Positions 8,311 through 15,865 of a DNA stretch of 23,440 nt are shown one piece after another. Within the stretch, counting starts at the first letter, position 1. Each line of letters opens with the position of its first letter. The notes beneath the pieces are model-generated. The model did no database searches and was not told where the DNA came from. It saw nothing but the letters and a program-made list of their open reading frames with translations. Made by a program: the position numbers and the translations under genes. This DNA is from Bdellovibrionota bacterium FG-1 (GTDB lineage Bacteria; Bdellovibrionota; UBA1018), in the NCBI GenBank assembly GCA_051382295.1, contig JBBCAW010000056.1, positions 1 to 23,440 of the forward strand, given 5' to 3'.

Positions 8311-9327
8311 ATGACTACACTCAACACCCCACTTTGGACGCCGGCTCGTCCAGCTCATCGCGGCGGCTTTCAGGAGGTTTGGTACCTCAAGCTCAATGAT
8401 CCAGCAGCCAATCGCGCTTTATGGCTACGCATGACACTTTTGTTGAGCGATAATGGTTTTCGTCGAGTGGCAGAAACTTGGGCGATCTTTTTTCAGCGAA
8501 GCGCCACGCGAGAACTGACGAAGGTCGCAGTCAAACAAACACACGATATTTCAGCTTTTTCAACGACTCCGGAAGGAGCCATTCGCATTGCCGATTGCGA
8601 GTTTGAGGGTCAACGGATTCACGGCCGCATCCAGTCCAAGGGGCAGTCGATTTCATGGGACCTGGCCATTCGTCCTCAGCAAGACTTAAGCTTCAATCTG
8701 GTTCCGGAGTCGCTTCGGCGCTTGGGCCTGGTTAAAAACGGCGCACTCACCGTCGGTGAAGACCTCCTTTTCAGTGGCACCAGCGAAATCAACGGCCAAA
8801 AGATGGAGTGGCGTAATGCACCCGGCATGCAAGGCCACCTGAGCGGTCCCAAAGTAGGACACTCTTGGGCTTGGGGGCATTGCAACCTGTTTGTGGATGA
8901 CCGCGGTCAACCCGCTCACTTGATTTTCGAAGGACTCAGTGCCCGCGCCAGGCTCATCGGCCCCATTCCTTCTCCCCGACTTTCAACTTTATTTTTCTTT
9001 TACGACGGCAAAGCTTATCGATTTAACTCCTTTTGGGATTCTCTGCGGGTCAAATCGCACTACACTCTTACCGAATGGACTTTTCAGGCAGATCGCGGCG
9101 ATCTTTCGTTTCGCGGCAAGGCCAAGGCCGAACTGAAAGACTTTGCAGGGGTGAACTACGAAGACACGAATGGTTCGTTTCTTTTTTGCGCCAATTCCAA
9201 ACTTTCAAACCTCGAAATTCACGTTTACCGCCGAGGGAAGCTCGAACGAACCTTCTACAGCGCCGGAATGGCGGCATTTGAAGTCGTTACCCGCCAAAAA
9301 AACCCCTATGTACCCGTGCTGATTTAG
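8311..9327 (+). CDS. Tocopherol cyclase-like beta-barrel protein
   Basis: EVWYLKL N-terminal motif and GMQGHLSG...SWAWGHC, resembling tocopherol cyclase/CrtC-like families; beta-rich aromatic pattern. Confidence 0.65.
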   Translation: MTTLNTPLWTPARPAHRGGFQEVWYLKLNDPAANRALWLRMTLLLSDNGFRRVAETWAIFFQRSATRELTKVAVKQTHDISAFSTTPEGAIRIADCEFEGQRIHGRIQSKGQSISWDLAIRPQQDLSFNLVPESLRRLGLVKNGALTVGEDLLFSGTSEINGQKMEWRNAPGMQGHLSGPKVGHSWAWGHCNLFVDDRGQPAHLIFEGLSARARLIGPIPSPRLSTLFFFYDGKAYRFNSFWDSLRVKSHYTLTEWTFQADRGDLSFRGKAKAELKDFAGVNYEDTNGSFLFCANSKLSNLEIHVYRRGKLERTFYSAGMAAFEVVTRQKNPYVPVLI

Positions 9328-9329
9328 CA

Positions 9330-9442
9330 GGGGCTCCCGGTAAAAGGCTCGGGGTCGGCCTTCCTTGGCCTCCTCGCAAAAAGCGCATCCTGCGCGCGCG
9401 GATCCCCTCACTTTTACCGAGAGCCCCCACGTGGGAACGGGA
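9330..9442. repeat. REP/MITE-like structured repeat, copy 1
   Basis: Arms GGGGCTC-C-CGGTAAAAG (9330-9346) and CTTTTACCG-A-GAGCCCC (9411-9427). The 32 bp at 9388-9419 are identical to 22643-22674. Confidence 0.85.
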
Positions 9443-9635
9443 GCGCTGATGGCGCTTTCAGCGACTCCACCCAGTGCTTCCCACCCTGCGGAAACGACCA
9501 GGGTTTGCCCCCGAACGCGAGCGAAAAAACCACGGCCCTGAGTGCCCAGCGAAGAAGCGGAAGCCATCGTAATTGCTTAGAACGGAGAACGTGTATCATC
9601 GATATTCTCCGTGATATTCCCCGTCGAAGCGACGA

Positions 9636-9759
9636 GAACATCGTCAAGATTGCCCGCAGACAAGGCCGCAGGGAGGCGAATCGACCAAAGCGCACTCCCC
9701 GTGCGCTGCGGGAGCGAGCCGACCGAGAACGAAGTATGCGAGCAATATCGACGATGTTC
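9636..9759. repeat. 124-bp long-hairpin (MITE-like) element
   Basis: Terminal inverted repeat GAACATCGTC (9636-9645)/GACGATGTTC (9750-9759), inner arms ATTGCCCGCA/TGCGAGCAAT, internal hairpin AGCGCAC-TCCCC-GTGCGCT (9689-9707). Confidence 0.65.
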
Positions 9760-9760
9760 C

Positions 9761-10771
9761 TTAGAAGCCACCCATACCTCCCGCCACGTCATTCCAACTC
9801 ACCCACAGCCCGCATCCCAACAAACCCAAAAGTGCGGGCGCCACGCAAACAAAGAGAGGCTTGAGCGCGCGTGTTGCCAATAGCCCCAGCTCGCGCTCCA
9901 CTCCTGCGCGTAAATCCTGGCGCAAAGATTCGAGCACCACCTCGACTCGCTCGGTGCAAGGACGTCCCTCCATGAGGCTCACCTGAATAGCTCGTCGAAT
10001 CGCGTGCCCGGCCTCCTCAACGGGCCGCTCAGCCCCCTTGGAGACCGGCTGCCCCGTGCTCCAAATCGAAGCCCCCCACCGGGCCACGAGCGCGGGGACC
10101 TCGCCCTCCAAAGCCGCAATGGTTCGCGCCCATGCCAGATCAGGTGGATTTCCGGCTCTGACCCAGGCCAAAAACCGCTCGCCCGCGCATTGACTCGCAA
10201 GCACCCACGCCCGTGATGAGCTCCTCAAACCACCCCATCTGGCGGCTTCAGCCATTTTGAGCAACCAAACAGCACCCACGCCCGCGAGCAGCAGCGCAGT
10301 CGCGCAAATACAGAGCCAAAGCCCCTGATTTTGCGCGACCGCCGGAAGCAAATAATAAAGAACGCCTCCAAACACCGGTACCAGCGCCGCACAAAGCAAA
10401 GCCTGCGCTAACGACTGGGCGGTGCGAGCCTTGGCTTGAGACAACGCGACGTCTTGTTCGAGCGCCAAAGCCCGCAAACGCTTGAGGGTCGGAACGAGCG
10501 CCCCTCCGGTATTCCGAAGCTCCTGCAAACTTTCAAAAACCAGCGCGCCCCACGGTGCGGGAAGACCGCGCAAAGAATCCCACCGCGATCGCGCCGGCAC
10601 GAGACCGGCGGCGAGTGTCTCTTCGATTTCTTGCAACACAAACCCGACTTTTCTAAGCGCTTGCTGTTCGCGCAAAAGACTGGGAATCCCTCCCCCATTG
10701 AAGGTAAACCCCGCCCCGAGCGATCGGAGTCCTAATCCCAGAAAGATAAAGCAAAAGACCCAAGTCCACAT
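9761..10771 (-). CDS. Type II secretion system F-family protein, TadB-TadC fusion-like
   Basis: First half TadB-like (ETLAAGL...TGGALVPTLKRL...ARTAQSLAQA, then 2 TM). Second half TadC-like (VRAGNPP...SLMEGRP...ALKPLFVCVAPALLGLL). Confidence 0.75.
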   Translation of the reverse strand: MWTWVFCFIFLGLGLRSLGAGFTFNGGGIPSLLREQQALRKVGFVLQEIEETLAAGLVPARSRWDSLRGLPAPWGALVFESLQELRNTGGALVPTLKRLRALALEQDVALSQAKARTAQSLAQALLCAALVPVFGGVLYYLLPAVAQNQGLWLCICATALLLAGVGAVWLLKMAEAARWGGLRSSSRAWVLASQCAGERFLAWVRAGNPPDLAWARTIAALEGEVPALVARWGASIWSTGQPVSKGAERPVEEAGHAIRRAIQVSLMEGRPCTERVEVVLESLRQDLRAGVERELGLLATRALKPLFVCVAPALLGLLGCGLWVSWNDVAGGMGGF

Positions 10772-10786
10772 GAGCGCGAGGGTTGT

Positions 10787-10801
10787 GCGAAAAGTAGGCC
10801 A
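10787..10801 (-). promoter_or_regulatory. Putative sigma54 -24/-12 promoter of the tadBC-like gene
   Basis: Minus strand TGGCCTACTTTTCGC (GG-N10-GC), 15 nt before the ATG; shares CTTGGCCTA with the secretin promoter. Confidence 0.6.
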
Positions 10802-10885
10802 AGGAGCTTTGGCGAAAAGACTGGGGGTTTTGGCGGAAATTGGACCGAATTTCAGGCTTGGAGTCTGAATTCAGAATCCCCGCCC

Positions 10886-11179
10886 TCACGGGCACTCCCG
10901 TACGAGGCGGAAGCCGAGGTCCTCTCCAGTATAATACGACGGCGCTAATCCACGATAAGCGGAACGCGAGAATATTGCGCTATAACGCGAACTACTCCCG
11001 CGAATCGCCCGAAACGACCCCTAACCATCCAGAACCCACTGCTGAACATTTCCAATCATATCGTAAAGCCCGTCCCGGTTGGTTCTCTTTTGAGCCACAG
11101 CATAGGTTCGATTCCCTGCAACCCAAGCGTATTGCTTCAAAATCGTCGCTTCTTCGCCTCCCGGATTTTCTCCAAAAAA
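10886..11179 (-). pseudogene. FGE-sulfatase (SUMF1/C-type lectin fold) C-terminal remnant
   Basis: Hand translation: FFGENPGGEEATILKQYAWVAGNRTYAVAQKRTNRDGLYDMIGNVQQWVLDG*GSFRAIRGSSSRYSAIFSRSAYRGLAPSYYTGEDLGFRLVRECP*. In-frame TAG at 11021-11023; 5'-truncated. Confidence 0.82.
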
Positions 11180-11238
11180 ATTTAAAGGGGGCTTAAGTCG
11201 TTGTTTTCGTCAAAGTTCTGACTTCTCGGCTTGCCGCT

Positions 11239-12164
11239 TCATCGCAACCCCGCCACGAACCGCGCCATCTGGGGTTGGCCAAAATGTCGAATGGCTTCCC
11301 ACTGATTGTGTTGCTTGCAAAGTAAGCGCAAGGAGCCTAGATCCGACCCTCCGCCTTTCGCCAGCGGCGTGCGGTGATCGATTTCAAGCCCGAATCGGGA
11401 TTCACATTTGTGCCCGGTTTCTGGAGCGATATAGGTGCACTTTCCCCCATCGCGCGTCCAAACTTGCTTTCGAATGGCCGCCGGAATAGGGCGTCGCAAC
11501 ACCGACGTCGGTGTCGCGTTGTCATGTGGAACGGGAGCTGCTTCCTGCGAAGCCTGCGGCTCTTTACCGGCCCTGACCTTTTTGCGCGCAGGATCGAGTT
11601 GCTGCAACGCCCGATCGGCGAGAAGCTCAATCAGTTGCGATAACTCCAGATGAGGATGAGTGTGCGCTAACAACCCTTTGAGTTGATCAAGCTTTTCGAC
11701 CAAGTCGTCGGACGCAATGAATTTGAGTTCCGTCTCAGTGGGCGACACCGGGCGCGGGCGATCTTTAGGACGGGCGGATTCTGGGGATATCTGAAGTAGG
11801 ATCTTCTCGCATTCACGATGAGAGCGGTTTTCCATTTGTTGAAGAAGGTCACGTTTTTCCTGAGCCGAGTAGACCTTGCCCTTTTCACGCTCCTCTCGTT
11901 TTAAAAATCCTTGGACAGTGCTGACCGTCGAGAGATTGAGCGATCCCTTTTCGATTTTGGCCGAGACCTCCGGAATTTCTTTGAGAAGACGCATCGATTG
12001 AATCCGACGAACCGCACTTCCCTCGGAATAGCCGAGCCCTTTGACAGCAAACTCAAAAAGTGAAGCAACTCCAGCACCTGAGTGGTGACCTTGCGTTCTG
12101 CGGCGGCGACGTTTTGAATTTGACTGAGAAGATCAAGATCGGATAAAGATTGGAGCGAATTCAT
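11239..12164 (-). pseudogene. HNH endonuclease of the multicopy DUF222-like type, frameshifted (intact C-terminal ORF 11239-11994)
   Basis: N-terminus MNSLQSLSDLDLL...ERKVTTQVLELL continues in another frame as SLFEFAVKGLGYSEGSAVRRIQSMRLL near 12065. C-terminal RDGGKCTY...C...LEIDH...GGG...LRLLCKQHN HNH domain. Confidence 0.82.
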
Positions 12165-12375
12165 AGTGCGATTACGTAACACAAAATAATCAAAAAAGTG
12201 CTATTTTTAAGGCATTTTTAGAAAATTTTTATTATCCCATTGATCACAAAAAACAGTACGGAGCAACACCATCACAGCGGTGAAATCTTGACGTTGGGTG
12301 CCCAAAAAGGTCAGCTTTATTGAGAGCCGTTTAAGACATTGAGAATATTCGCCCAAGTACCGACAAGCCCAAGGT

Positions 12376-13185
12376 ATGGCTTTCGGGAAGCTCTCCATCC
12401 TCATTTTATTCCTCATTGGGGCTCAAATCCCGATTCCGAGCTACGCCAACTCCCACAAGGTCCTCACTGTTTCCATCACCGAAGTCAAAGTGCCCGCCGA
12501 CCCCGCCCAGGCAGAGCTCATCCAAAAAATCCTCGAACTCAAACCCACCCCGGTTAAGCAAACGATCTACTTCTTTGACACCGAAGACCAATTTCTCTAT
12601 AGCCAAGGAATCATTATCCGGGCCCGCCGCGATGGCACCGATGCTCATGAAAAATACAAAATCGCCGTCAAACTTCGTCCACTAGAAGAAGTCAATCTCG
12701 GAGAACTCACGGACTTTAAAAATGCCGTATTCGAGTACGACCTTACCCCTCAGGGACTGACCCTGGCAGGCGCGCTCAATCAAACCCTATCACCCAAAGT
12801 CCTCGAACATCTCCTGAGGCACCAGAAAGAAAAAACTCGAACTCTCTTAACTCCTCAACAACGTAAATTCATAGAAGCGCGAGTCTACCCTGATTTTCCG
12901 ACAAAACTTGACCTCTCGGTCCACGGCCCGATCGAGTCCCTGCGCTGGGATTCGAAAAAATGGAAACTCGAGCGCTGGCGACTCCCCAATGGGGTTTTTG
13001 TCGCCGAGGTTTCAGCCAAAGTCCCCACCCAAAAAGCGCCCGCCCTGCTAAAAGTACTTCAAGAAATTTTTACTTCTCATCAAATCACAATCATCCCTGG
13101 CGGTTTCAAAACTAAACAGGCCCTCACCGCTTGGGCCGCCTCCGACTGTCTGAGCATGATCCATCGGCTGCTACTCAGGCCTTAA
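12376..13185 (+). CDS. Secreted CYTH-like (triphosphate tunnel) domain protein
   Basis: Signal peptide ending ...PSYA; TEVKV, IYFFDT...IIIRARR, AVKLRP, EYD, LERW...EVSAK and KTKQAL motifs. Confidence 0.7.
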   Translation: MAFGKLSILILFLIGAQIPIPSYANSHKVLTVSITEVKVPADPAQAELIQKILELKPTPVKQTIYFFDTEDQFLYSQGIIIRARRDGTDAHEKYKIAVKLRPLEEVNLGELTDFKNAVFEYDLTPQGLTLAGALNQTLSPKVLEHLLRHQKEKTRTLLTPQQRKFIEARVYPDFPTKLDLSVHGPIESLRWDSKKWKLERWRLPNGVFVAEVSAKVPTQKAPALLKVLQEIFTSHQITIIPGGFKTKQALTAWAASDCLSMIHRLLLRP

Positions 13186-14674
13186 CGGCCTCGGCCCAAT
13201 ACTGCGACATCGGCACCTCACCGCCCACCGTCAACTCCGGAATCCGAATCGTGGGTTGCGCATCCGTGACCGGAGCCCCTTGCCCATCTTTACCGCAAGT
13301 GCCTGTGGCAAACCCCAGATCAGTTCCGACGCGATCGACAATGGCCAGAACTTTAGGACCATTCCCAACCAGCGTCGCCCCCCGAATCGGCGCACCGAGT
13401 TTTCCATCTTCGATCAGATACCCTTCGGTCACCGCAAAAACAAAATCGCCGGTGACAGTATTGACCTGCCCCCCGCCCATCGCTTTGACAAAAATGCCAT
13501 ACTTTGTATCTTGCAGAATTTTCCGGGGGTCATCTTTTCCGGGCGCAATATAAGTATTGGTCATCCGCACAATAGGTTTATGCCTGAAACTCTCGCGCCG
13601 TCCATTGCCCGTGGCCATCAAATCGAACTTCATCGCCGAAAGCTTATCCACCAAATACCCTTTGAGAACTCCATTTTCGATCAAAGTAGTTTTTTTCGAA
13701 GGAGTACCCTCGTCGTCATAGGCAAAACTGCCACGCTTGGCGGGCATCGTGCCATCATCCAAAACGGAGATAAGCGGACTAGCCACCGTTTGTCCGATCT
13801 TGCCGCCGTAAACACTCAACCCATTGCAAGCGAGGTCGGCTTCGAGACCATGGCCGACAGCCTCGTGGATCATCGTGCCCCCAGCTTCCGCCGAAATGAC
13901 CACCGGCATCGTACCTGCGGGCGCGGGCTTGGCCTCGAGTAAAATTTTAACCCGTCGCGCACTTTCACGTCCTATGGACTCCGGGGGCACTTTTTCAAAA
14001 AACTCCACGCCGACATAACCGCCATCACTTTCATAAGCGGTTTCTACGCGACCGTCCTTCTCGCCCACGACCTGAACCATGCAGTGCAAATAATACTTAC
14101 TATCCGGTGACACCAAACCATCGCTATTGATCACCAAAATTTTTCGATGTGTATCCAGCAATACGGCCGTCACTTGCCGCGCCCCTGGCAGTTCTTCGCG
14201 CGCGCCACGATCCGCGCTTTTGGCAAACTCAATCTTGGCCCCTAAATCGAGCGTGGACGCCGGGCGTTCCACCCGATAGCCACCGATCTCGCCCACCGGT
14301 TGCCGGGGTTTGCCCCACTCGATGATTTTTCGAAAAGGTTGGGAGTCTTTAGCCTGCACCGCCGCCGACAAAGCTTCCGCCAGCGTCATCAAGGCAGCTT
14401 GGGTTAAGTTCGTCGTGTAACCGTAGACGGAGCGCCCATCAAAAACCACCCGAAGCCCCACGCCACGATCGGTGCCGTCCATAATCCGATCGACACGCCC
14501 GGCTTCATAAAATACCCGAGTCGAAACCGTCTGTTCAAAAAACAACTCAGCCAGCGCGCCACCCTGACCCAGGGCTCGGCCCAAAATTTCGGCAACATCC
14601 AAGCTCGACGCGTTTTCGAGCCCGAAACGCTCCAGTTCTTGCCTCGCCAAATCAATCGAATCAGGTAAGCTCAT
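13175..14674 (-). CDS. tldD: TldD/PmbA family metalloprotease TldD
   Basis: HEAVGHGLEAD metal motif, DDEG, GNGRRES...PIVRMTNT, GGGQV, CGKDGQ...PT. Start at ATG 14674 with GGAG SD, overlapping the upstream gene. Confidence 0.95.
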   Translation of the reverse strand: MSLPDSIDLARQELERFGLENASSLDVAEILGRALGQGGALAELFFEQTVSTRVFYEAGRVDRIMDGTDRGVGLRVVFDGRSVYGYTTNLTQAALMTLAEALSAAVQAKDSQPFRKIIEWGKPRQPVGEIGGYRVERPASTLDLGAKIEFAKSADRGAREELPGARQVTAVLLDTHRKILVINSDGLVSPDSKYYLHCMVQVVGEKDGRVETAYESDGGYVGVEFFEKVPPESIGRESARRVKILLEAKPAPAGTMPVVISAEAGGTMIHEAVGHGLEADLACNGLSVYGGKIGQTVASPLISVLDDGTMPAKRGSFAYDDEGTPSKKTTLIENGVLKGYLVDKLSAMKFDLMATGNGRRESFRHKPIVRMTNTYIAPGKDDPRKILQDTKYGIFVKAMGGGQVNTVTGDFVFAVTEGYLIEDGKLGAPIRGATLVGNGPKVLAIVDRVGTDLGFATGTCGKDGQGAPVTDAQPTIRIPELTVGGEVPMSQYWAEAVKA

Positions 14675-14924
14675 AGATTTTGTCTCCCATTTGTCTGAGA
14701 ATATCTTCCAGTTGTCCTTCAAATTCAGGGGTATAGCTCAAACTCATATCCAGATAGCCCGCACCCTTTTCAAATGGCAAAGTAGAGTAATTGCAGACTC
14801 CCTCATGCCCCTCAAGAATGGCATAAACCCAAACCGAATCCTCCCTTTTGAGACGAATTTTTTTCGTTCGGCTTTTCACCCAGGGGGCTGGCTGATTTTT
14901 GACGCTCTTTTGTTCTCCGCTCAT
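14661..14924 (-). CDS. DUF4911-like small protein
   Basis: IRLKREDSVWVYAILEGHEGVCNYSTL pattern; overlaps the tldD start; ATG 14924 preferred. Confidence 0.7.
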   Translation of the reverse strand: MSGEQKSVKNQPAPWVKSRTKKIRLKREDSVWVYAILEGHEGVCNYSTLPFEKGAGYLDMSLSYTPEFEGQLEDILRQMGDKIYELT

Positions 14925-14955
14925 ACTTACCTTTTCTTTTAACATACATGAACTG

Positions 14956-14984
14956 TTGCTCAACCAGCGAAACACCCCTATTCT
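14956..14984 (+). promoter_or_regulatory. Sigma70 promoter of cpoB-lysM
   Basis: TTGCTC-17 nt-TATTCT, 8 nt before ATG 14993. Confidence 0.6.
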
Positions 14985-14992
14985 TAAAACAT

Positions 14993-15865
14993 ATGGTTTT
15001 TCAGGGACGGACAGGTCGAATTGGACTCACGGCGCTCATGGCCATCACGGCACTTGCCACGGTCATCGGACTTTTTTCTGGATGTGCGACTCATCCGACC
15101 AAAGCCAAAGACGGCGAAGACCTCGAAAGTCTGCGCGGCCAGGTCAGTGATCTTCGCACTGCCCTTACCCGTTCTCAGACGCGCATCGACTCGCTAGAAA
15201 CCCGCCTGACCACGCTAGGCGAACGATTACCGCCAGGACAAGGGACGCCCGTTCTTGCTCCCACCCAGGTAGGTGGTCACCCCAGCGACGCGCACAGCCT
15301 CAAGTTTTCGCCTCGCCAAGCGGCCAACGACCCTGAAGCGGGATTTTTGAGCGATGAGCCGGTTCAAAATTATCGACGCGCCGCGATTTTACGCGATGCG
15401 GGCAAGTACTCCGAGGCGATTCTGGCTTTTTCCGCCTTCCTTGAAACTTACCCGGATCATCCTTTGGCGGGAAATGCGCAGTTTTTGATTGGGGATAGTT
15501 ATTTTAAACAAAAAGAATATAAACTTGCCTGTACTGAACTCGAAAAGGTTCTCACTTCATATGATCGAAGCCCGAGAGTGTCAGACGCCCTTTTTGAATT
15601 ATCGCAAGCCGAAGACCGGCTCAAACTCTCCGACCGGGCCGCGCGGCATCGCCAGCTCCTCACCTCCCTGTTTCCACAATCCCCTGCCGCGGCCGCGCAC
15701 GTAACTGAAATCCCAGTCGAACCCACTTCGGCGCCCCAACAGAACCCTTCGCCCGCAACGCCCTCTGCCGTCGACCTTCCTCCGCCGGCCGCGGCATTGA
15801 CGATTCCGACGGCACCCGTCAATGCGGCCGACCTCCCCAATAACGGAGGCAAACCTCAGTCATGA
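14993..15865 (+). CDS. ybgF: Tol-Pal associated TPR lipoprotein CpoB/YbgF-like
   Basis: Lipobox LFSGC, coiled coil, TPR (YSEAILAFSAFLETYPDHPLAGNAQFLIG, LTSLFPQSPAA), Pro-rich tail. Confidence 0.82.
   Translation: MVFQGRTGRIGLTALMAITALATVIGLFSGCATHPTKAKDGEDLESLRGQVSDLRTALTRSQTRIDSLETRLTTLGERLPPGQGTPVLAPTQVGGHPSDAHSLKFSPRQAANDPEAGFLSDEPVQNYRRAAILRDAGKYSEAILAFSAFLETYPDHPLAGNAQFLIGDSYFKQKEYKLACTELEKVLTSYDRSPRVSDALFELSQAEDRLKLSDRAARHRQLLTSLFPQSPAAAAHVTEIPVEPTSAPQQNPSPATPSAVDLPPPAAALTIPTAPVNAADLPNNGGKPQS

Noticed and set aside
9205..9883. Several ORFs in the 9328-9760 gap, including a possible Flp pilin
   Set aside because: No pilin cleavage motif or hydrophobic helix; the ORFs run through hairpin repeats.
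11101..11125. GGTTCGATTCC tRNA T-loop-like motif
   Set aside because: The T-stem pairs poorly and no cloverleaf forms; it is the antisense of the FGE pseudogene.
10886..11179. Complete diversity-generating retroelement
   Set aside because: No reverse transcriptase, accessory gene or second repeat copy in the window.
10840..11196. 118-aa plus-strand ORF
   Set aside because: Antisense shadow of the FGE remnant with no protein motif.
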